A stretch of 56,980 nucleotides of DNA from a virus, in IMG/VR virus record IMGVR_UViG_3300025632_000018, positions 1-56,980 of that record. One strand, written 5' to 3'. Shown here one piece after another: positions 55,514 through 56,980 of this stretch. The notes below the pieces were generated by a model. It was not told the origin of the DNA, ran no database searches, and saw only the letters and a program-made list of their open reading frames with translations. A program made the translations under genes and the position numbers. Each line of letters starts with the position of its first letter. The first letter of the stretch is position 1.

Positions 55514-55705
55514 ATGTATTACTACGATCACAATCTCGACTATACATCATTAAGTAATGATCATAATGTATACGATCTCGACGAGATGTGTGAGACATAC
55601 ATGCATAATACATCACTAGATATGCAACTAGATGCATACGATGATGATGAGTATGCACGAGATACACATGATTACGTCGAGCTTGCATACAAACATTACG
55701 CATGA
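55514..55705 (+). CDS. Small acidic Tyr/Asp-rich protein
   Basis: ORF directly after the promoter. Confidence 0.5.
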   Translation: MYYYDHNLDYTSLSNDHNVYDLDEMCETYMHNTSLDMQLDAYDDDEYARDTHDYVELAYKHYA

Positions 55706-55735
55706 TATAATACGTAAACATCACACGAGATACAC

Positions 55736-55888
55736 ATGTACGCACAGAAACGCATTGTAAGTGTTACATTAGACATTGAGTGTTATGAAGATCTAGACCT
55801 GCAGAATATCAATTGGGTTGATATCTTAGGACTAGAAGGTGATGAGAATATTGATATTAGCATCAGAGAGACTGCAGATCTATATTAG
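55736..55888 (+). CDS. Small acidic protein (50 aa)
   Basis: MYAQKRIVSVTLDIECYEDLDL; translated by hand. Confidence 0.55.
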   Translation: MYAQKRIVSVTLDIECYEDLDLQNINWVDILGLEGDENIDISIRETADLY

Positions 55889-55889
55889 T

Positions 55890-56008
55890 GTGCCAGTTCG
55901 TGGATCGGCACAGTTTAAACTAGTGTCTTGTGCCAATCGTGGAACCGTCCACTAAATGAGCACAGGGCATCGAATTCGTGTATTGTAGAAGGGTCAAAGA
56001 AATTCACC
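55890..56008 (+). promoter_or_regulatory. Early leader cassette, copy 1
   Basis: GTGCCAGT, GTGCCAAT, GTCCACT, CGTGTATTGTAGAAGGGTCAAAGAAATTCACC. Confidence 0.6.
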
Positions 56009-56014
56009 TCAAAA

Positions 56015-56182
56015 ATGATTAACAACGACACACTTGAGATGTTATCAGCACGGGAACAATTGATGCATGATATCGACGCAATTGTTGATGGTGAACTTAG
56101 TGGCATTATAAGTGATCGATTGAGTAATGAATTGGTGACGCGTCTATGTGATGCTGTCTGTCGTAATTTCCCCACTAAGTAA
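56015..56182 (+). CDS. Small hypothetical protein
   Basis: ATG 56015 lies after the cassette. Confidence 0.6.
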   Translation: MINNDTLEMLSAREQLMHDIDAIVDGELSGIISDRLSNELVTRLCDAVCRNFPTK

Positions 56183-56191
56183 CAAGAATAT

Positions 56192-56271
56192 GTGCCAGTC
56201 GTAGAGGTGTCCACTAATCTCCCCACTGGCACCAAAATCGTGTATTGTAGTTAAGTCATCAGGAATTCACC
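56192..56271 (+). promoter_or_regulatory. Early leader cassette, copy 2
   Basis: GTGCCAGT..GTGTCCACT..ACTGGCAC, AAAATCGTGTATTGTAG...GGAATTCACC. Confidence 0.6.
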
Positions 56272-56273
56272 AA

Positions 56274-56510
56274 ATGCAAGGTTACAACGGTTGGACAAAT
56301 TGGGAAACCTGGAATGTTGCTCTCTGGATCGGAAATGATCCTGGTTTGTATGAACTTGCATGTGATGTTGCCAGGGATGGTGGAACTTATGGTCATATGG
56401 TTAGTATGATTTTAGAGTGTAGTAAAGAAACACCAGACGGATGTAAGTGGGACGATGTTAATATCAACGGAATAGAAGTAAACGAAATGATGAAAGAACT
56501 TATAGACTAA
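56274..56510 (+). CDS. Conserved phage early protein
   Basis: YNGWTNWETWNVALWI. Confidence 0.75.
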   Translation: MQGYNGWTNWETWNVALWIGNDPGLYELACDVARDGGTYGHMVSMILECSKETPDGCKWDDVNINGIEVNEMMKELID

Positions 56511-56552
56511 GTAACCCTTACTCAACTCTCACTAACTAACACTTTTTTTCAA

Positions 56553-56702
56553 ATGGATTACGACACTTTCGACACTGACATCTTCTCTGAGATTAATGAC
56601 ATGCCGGGTGAGATTTATGATGTGATTGAATATAAGGAAGAGTATGAAGATGATAAGAAGTTTGACGTAGAAGGTTACATTAACGGAAACACTGATTACT
56701 GA
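56553..56702 (+). CDS. Small acidic protein (49 aa)
   Basis: MDYDTFDTDIFSEIND; translated by hand. Confidence 0.5.
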   Translation: MDYDTFDTDIFSEINDMPGEIYDVIEYKEEYEDDKKFDVEGYINGNTDY

Positions 56703-56829
56703 TGAAATTTACTCTCGTTCGTTTCAAAGGTCAATGGGTGAAAGTATCGAACAAACTATCACCTCCAAGCAACTGGGTTACAGTTATTAACTCACCTCAC
56801 ACTAAGTAACACAAACCGGTCGGCCGCGA

Positions 56830-56910
56830 GTGGACAGTTGGACAAAGTGGCATAAGGTCACGGCACAGACCCCAAAATCGTGTATTGTAGAAGGGTCAAA
56901 GGAATTCACC
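56830..56910 (+). promoter_or_regulatory. Early leader cassette, copy 3
   Basis: GTGGACAGT, AAGTGGCA, AAAATCGTGTATTGTAGAAGGGTCAAAGGAATTCACC. Confidence 0.6.
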
Positions 56911-56912
56911 AA

Positions 56913-56980
56913 ATGCAAACTTACACCGACCCCTGCACTTATGCCATGCAAAATGATATGAACCGTCTCAAGGAAGAGAT
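56913..56980 (+). CDS. Early ORF, 3'-truncated by the window
   Basis: ATG after cassette copy 3; open to the window end. Confidence 0.45.
   Translation, partial: MQTYTDPCTYAMQNDMNRLKEE

Noticed and set aside
55243-55600. CRISPR array
   Set aside because: Only two 31-bp repeats with a 3-nt gap, plus irregularly spaced short motifs; no unique spacers and no cas genes.
122-56235. Many short antisense or alternative-frame ORFs in the track (e.g. 22432-22896, 33833-34363, 45038-45499, 52635-52988, 55428-55745)
   Set aside because: They are shadows of well-supported genes, with no RBS, motif or promoter.

Overview
This window is a segment of a T4-like cyanomyovirus (Kyanoviridae-type) genome. 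It is AT-rich and carries T4 core genes together with the cyanophage auxiliary genes thyX, phoH and cp12. Layout: (i) 1-5.7 kb, a repeat virion-type protein, 2OG-Fe(II) oxygenase, carbamoyltransferase and glutaredoxin, plus a tandem glutamine-riboswitch-like RNA upstream of a DUF4278-like gene; (ii) 5.7-10.6 kb, thyX, phoH, exonuclease, gp33, gp59, gp32; (iii) 10.6-26.9 kb, baseplate/tail module (gp53, gp48, gp2, gp4, gp54-like, gp26, gp51, three paralogous hub proteins, gp27-like, split gp5) with three different peptidoglycan hydrolase domains; (iv) 27.1-27.9 kb, a Phd-like gene and an RNA array (3 tRNAs, an anticodon-less cloverleaf, a manA-like RNA); (v) 28.3-35.8 kb, long tail-fibre-type proteins; (vi) 35.9-51.6 kb, small early ORFs in repeated promoter/stem-loop cassettes, including an R-M-like cassette with a split, order-permuted adenine MTase; (vii) 51.6-55.1 kb, a gp38-like adhesin among 2OG oxygenases and Cys-rich proteins; (viii) 55.1-57 kb, an origin-like non-coding stretch (AT-rich tract, three phased DnaA-box consensus sites, 31-bp direct repeats) followed by repeated early leaders. 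Most striking: the two-aptamer riboswitch-like element with a whole ORF inside one stem, and the oriC-like DnaA-box cluster. All family calls come from motif recognition by eye; no database search was run.
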